The translations under genes and the position numbers were made by a program. Under the pieces are notes generated by a model, which saw nothing but the letters and a program-made list of their open reading frames with translations, was not told the DNA's origin and did not search any database. Positions 58,103-61,395 of a stretch of DNA of 61,395 bases are shown here, in pieces. The DNA is from a virus. Lineage: Duplodnaviria; Caudoviricetes. Every line of letters begins with the position of its first letter. Position 1 is the stretch's first letter. Where the stretch lies: positions 1-61,395 of the IMG/VR virus record IMGVR_UViG_3300020045_019627; one strand, given 5' to 3'.

Positions 58103-59518
58103 TTATACATTGCCCATCTGCGGAATACGATAGGAATCCATAATTCTCCGTATTTCTTCAGTATCTATTTGTGAAATATCACTAATTGATGGCCCGAATT
58201 CATTTCTGCCTTTAAAAATGCTTGCACCGATATTATCTTGGACAAGCATTCGTTTCGCCAAAAGTAATGTTAAGCGAGTAATATCGTAAGGAATAGTATC
58301 ATAGCCATACAAATAGAATACTCTGAAACGATTTGGAACGTCTATTTTTGCCAAAAGTGATGCGTTAACACTTGACACGTTACTCGTCATTTGAGTGTCA
58401 TAGATATAGATCTTACCCACACCCACGTCTTCGGCAAACATATCTGATTCCCAAGCTAAAGGTGTCCAAGAAGGAGTTGTTCCCTCTCCCGTTCCTGAAA
58501 TACTCACCACCGTGGTGTGAACTGCGGCACCTGTGGCATGAGTGGCTGCAGTACTACCTAACGCGCCTCTTGTACAACCAGTGAGTGTATCTGTAGATAT
58601 ACCTGTATATGTAATAATTTCCTCATCAATAATAATTGTACCGCTACTAGGGAGTAAACTCCCATCTCCTGCAGCAACATCAATAGAAGTTTCAGTTGTA
58701 TCGAGTACTTCATTGAGTGTGGTTGAGATGTCCTTTAATGGTCCATTTGATGTGAAATAGGTAAGATCGTATTGTCCTTTGGACTCTAAATACTCTGTTA
58801 TTGATGGATATTGTGGGTTGGTGCTTGTACCATCGGTGAATGAACTGTTGAGCTCACTATCCACTTCTGCTTGCGCTCTTGCCAAAACATCTGCAAGATA
58901 TTCGTCAGATACGTCAAACGTGCAATAACTGTATTCAGCATAAATATTATTGGTGCTCACCAATGTCACACCTGCACCTGTCAACGTGATTTTTCCCTTC
59001 GTTTTATCAATAGTGTAATGGGTTGTTTCTGTCAACGTAGTGGTTGTTGCCGCAGTTGTTCCATAATACAACGTGTATGTTGTGGCAATCACATTACGAT
59101 GGTCAAAATAGAATGTAGTGGTTGATCCATCCCCCACACCAACAGTTTCTCTTGTTGGAGAGCTCCCAACATCCCACATTGGAATATCGCCTTTGATCCC
59201 TAATATTTTGACAAATTGTAATGTGGTTGCATAAGAAGAGCTTCCACTCGCTAAACCTGTGCCATCGCTTGTGAAATACCTGAAATCAATAAAATCTGCA
59301 TTATAAATTTCAACTGAAAATGTGATAACATTCCCTGAAATAGTATAATCTTGAATTTCATAAAGATAAGCACCTTGTCTGTAAATAACAAGTGATCCTA
59401 CAACATATCCTCCATATCCTAGTGTGAAGGTTCTGTTTGTTGCTCCGTCGCCGCCCGTACAATCACTGCCCCTTTTCTCTTCAGAACGAGATGTAGTCAT
59501 TGAAATCCTCCTTGACAA
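58103..59518 (-). CDS. Head-tail adaptor with inserted accessory domains
   Basis: YATT, RAQAEVDSELN, YLYGYDTIPYDITRLTLLLA. Confidence 0.7.
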   Translation of the reverse strand: MSRRISMTTSRSEEKRGSDCTGGDGATNRTFTLGYGGYVVGSLVIYRQGAYLYEIQDYTISGNVITFSVEIYNADFIDFRYFTSDGTGLASGSSSYATTLQFVKILGIKGDIPMWDVGSSPTRETVGVGDGSTTTFYFDHRNVIATTYTLYYGTTAATTTTLTETTHYTIDKTKGKITLTGAGVTLVSTNNIYAEYSYCTFDVSDEYLADVLARAQAEVDSELNSSFTDGTSTNPQYPSITEYLESKGQYDLTYFTSNGPLKDISTTLNEVLDTTETSIDVAAGDGSLLPSSGTIIIDEEIITYTGISTDTLTGCTRGALGSTAATHATGAAVHTTVVSISGTGEGTTPSWTPLAWESDMFAEDVGVGKIYIYDTQMTSNVSSVNASLLAKIDVPNRFRVFYLYGYDTIPYDITRLTLLLAKRMLVQDNIGASIFKGRNEFGPSISDISQIDTEEIRRIMDSYRIPQMGNV

Positions 59519-59540
59519 ATACTATTTATAAGCATTGTGT

Positions 59541-59774
59541 TCATTTCAACACCACTGCGCTTATGACGAGGATGAGAAAAGTAAGTGCTGTTCCTGCCAT
59601 CCATTTAGTTATGCTTACTTTCAAATTGACCTTTTCGAACATTTTTCTATCTACTTCGATGTGTTCATTAAGATTTCTCTCTATGAACTCCAATTTATTG
59701 TAGATGTCGATGTTTGTTACTCTTCTATTGACAAATGTTTTCACTCCATTGAATTTATCAGAGTTTTCTCTCAT
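59541..59774 (-). CDS. Small coiled-coil protein with C-terminal TM
   Basis: C-terminal hydrophobic helix. Confidence 0.65.
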   Translation of the reverse strand: MRENSDKFNGVKTFVNRRVTNIDIYNKLEFIERNLNEHIEVDRKMFEKVNLKVSITKWMAGTALTFLILVISAVVLK

Positions 59775-61395
59775 GGTTTCACAAATCCTGTGCGTACATT
59801 GTCTGTAAATCGCACCATTGTTCCACTATTGAATTGTAATACTGTATTTACATTTTCAGATGGTGCTGCAGCAACACCTGTTGTTATATAACTAAAATTA
59901 CTCGTGATGTTTGTTAATTGTGACGTGGAGTTTGCCCAAACAAACCATTTCATTGTTAACCCAACAGTTGCAGGGGTTATTTTGCTGACATTGCTCCAGC
60001 AAATACTTAACGTCGGCCCTCCTTGACACATCGCTGTGGTGAATGGTACAAAGCTGTCGTTGACATATTCTTGTGTGGTGTTCACCACGACTTTTATGTC
60101 ACTATAGGTGATGTTATCCCAAAGTAAGGTGTTATTCCAGTCCATTCCTCTTCCTCGCACTCGCACATCAGTGTTTTCTGTTGTGAACCATGCAGTAAGA
60201 ATATCCTGATCTGTCGTGCTGATGTTGTGAATGCCTGCTGCAGTGATACTGATGTTTCCAAGATCTTGAAAGTGGGTGCCGTTATACACTTCGACGCTCA
60301 CGGTTGCTGCAGTATTACCATGAGTTGTTGAGAGACTGGTATTATAGTACGTCACATTGATCCTGACGGTGAGATTGGTAATTGCTTGATAGTCACTGAG
60401 GTTCAAGGTGTCGGTGTAGGTAGTGTACGCGCTATCTTTTTCTAGTCCAGGTGAGTCATACCCCACCTCTACTTGTACAAAATCCATTTCCATGGCTTCT
60501 GTACCATCAAAATTTAGTGCATGACCGCCCATGCTAATGATGCCAGAACTGTTCAAAATATTCAGAACGCCACTGGTGATGTTTTTTACGGTGGCGTTTT
60601 CCGTCGTAATATCCACTCCAAACGCTTCCCAAGCAAGACTGCTCCAGTTCGCATACACTGGCATGATATCTTCTGTTCCAGTTGCTATTGCTCTTGCGCC
60701 CTCTAATGTAAAGTAGAGCCAGTTCACTACTAATCGATTTTCGGCTATTGTAAAGTGATATCGCTGAAAAATCTCACTATTTGATACAGCACTCGTTGTA
60801 TTGCAATCACTATTATCACTCGCTGTGAGCGCAGCGGTACATTGGCTTGTCACGTTCATGCCAGCAGTAAACCCTAATGCAAATGATAGCGGTTGTGCTC
60901 CTGCTGTTCCTGCGGTGCCATTGAACACTTGAGAGTACGCACTACTAAAATTATAGCGCTTGCTTGTTTCAATGCCTGGGCTAACAAGAATAATATTTCC
61001 ACTTTCCAGGTCTCCGGTTGTAGAAGCGCTGCTGAGGTTTGTTCCATTTGCAAAATAAAAAATATAACTTGATAAATTACTAGCACTTGAGTCTGTTAAG
61101 TTCCAGTACACACTATGAGTAATATTATAATTCGCAAGCGTATTATTTGTCTGGTTGAACCACCATAGTGGAGTGGAGGTGCTGCCTGTTGGTGCTGCTC
61201 GTAAACTTGCACCACCGATAGCCCATACTTGCGACGCGGAAAGACTATCATTGCGTTTTACAGTGGCGGCACCATTTTTGAAACCGCCAGACATTCTAAT
61301 ATCGCTTCCAGGATTTTCTTGATTACTAATATTCCATGTTGGATCAGTAGTGAGGGTAGCAGTAAAAGCAACAGTTGATTGTGCAGTAATGACAA
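59771..61395 (-). CDS. 3' part of the element A adhesin; joins 21458-20339 on circularisation to give 914 aa
   Basis: Open to the window end; frame is continuous through the 121-bp repeat. Confidence 0.8.
   Translation of the reverse strand, partial: VITAQSTVAFTATLTTDPTWNISNQENPGSDIRMSGGFKNGAATVKRNDSLSASQVWAIGGASLRAAPTGSTSTPLWWFNQTNNTLANYNITHSVYWNLTDSSASNLSSYIFYFANGTNLSSASTTGDLESGNIILVSPGIETSKRYNFSSAYSQVFNGTAGTAGAQPLSFALGFTAGMNVTSQCTAALTASDNSDCNTTSAVSNSEIFQRYHFTIAENRLVVNWLYFTLEGARAIATGTEDIMPVYANWSSLAWEAFGVDITTENATVKNITSGVLNILNSSGIISMGGHALNFDGTEAMEMDFVQVEVGYDSPGLEKDSAYTTYTDTLNLSDYQAITNLTVRINVTYYNTSLSTTHGNTAATVSVEVYNGTHFQDLGNISITAAGIHNISTTDQDILTAWFTTENTDVRVRGRGMDWNNTLLWDNITYSDIKVVVNTTQEYVNDSFVPFTTAMCQGGPTLSICWSNVSKITPATVGLTMKWFVWANSTSQLTNITSNFSYITTGVAAAPSENVNTVLQFNSGTMVRFTDNVRTGFVKP
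61275..61395 (+). repeat. 121-bp exact direct repeat, copy 2 (window terminus)
   Basis: Identical to 20218-20338. Confidence 0.97.

Larger units (their letters stand above)
20218..61395. mobile_element. Element A: apparently complete ~41,057-bp archaeal head-tail virus (Caudoviricetes, siphovirus-like)
   Basis: TerL, portal, protease-MCP, adaptor, tail tube, tape measure and hub present; no sheath. Terminal 121 bp identical to 20218-20338; closing the circle gives a continuous head-to-tail late gene order and an in-frame 914-aa ORF. Confidence 0.88.

Noticed and set aside
61275-61395. 121-bp repeat as a biological terminal repeat or att site
   Set aside because: It lies inside a gene and the window stops exactly 121 bp after the last mismatch, as expected of an assembly k-mer overlap; the true shared length is unknown
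1-61395. tRNA, rRNA, tyrosine integrase or host chromosomal genes
   Set aside because: None recognised by eye; a tRNAscan-SE run would be needed to exclude tRNAs

Overview
The window is entirely archaeal-virus DNA: TATA boxes about 22-26 nt before start codons, GGAGG/GGTGA ribosome-binding sites, AbrB, RHH and Zn-finger microproteins, an AEP primase, an MCM-like helicase and N-glycosylation-rich secreted proteins. It reads as two unrelated virus genomes joined in a lasso. Element A (20218-61395) is an apparently complete, circularisable 41,057-bp head-tail virus with TerS/TerL, portal, a protease-MCP fusion, adaptor, tail tube, tape measure, Dit, hub, MCM-like helicase, primase and serine resolvase; the last 121 bp of the window are identical to 20218-20338. 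Element B (1-20217, incomplete) is a membrane-protein-rich virus with a spindle-virus-type two-helix capsid protein, a VP4-like LamG adhesin, a D5/SF3 helicase with an inverted-iteron origin candidate and its own serine resolvase. The two elements share DNA: a fibre/adhesin gene with alternative C-terminal halves, a 146-bp 100% identical mini-gene, a second gene with an identical 3' end, and a conserved non-coding site before both resolvases. This points to recent gene exchange between two virus morphotypes in one host. A DPANN host is my inference only. The physical join itself may be an assembly artefact. All annotations come from motif reading; no database searches were run.
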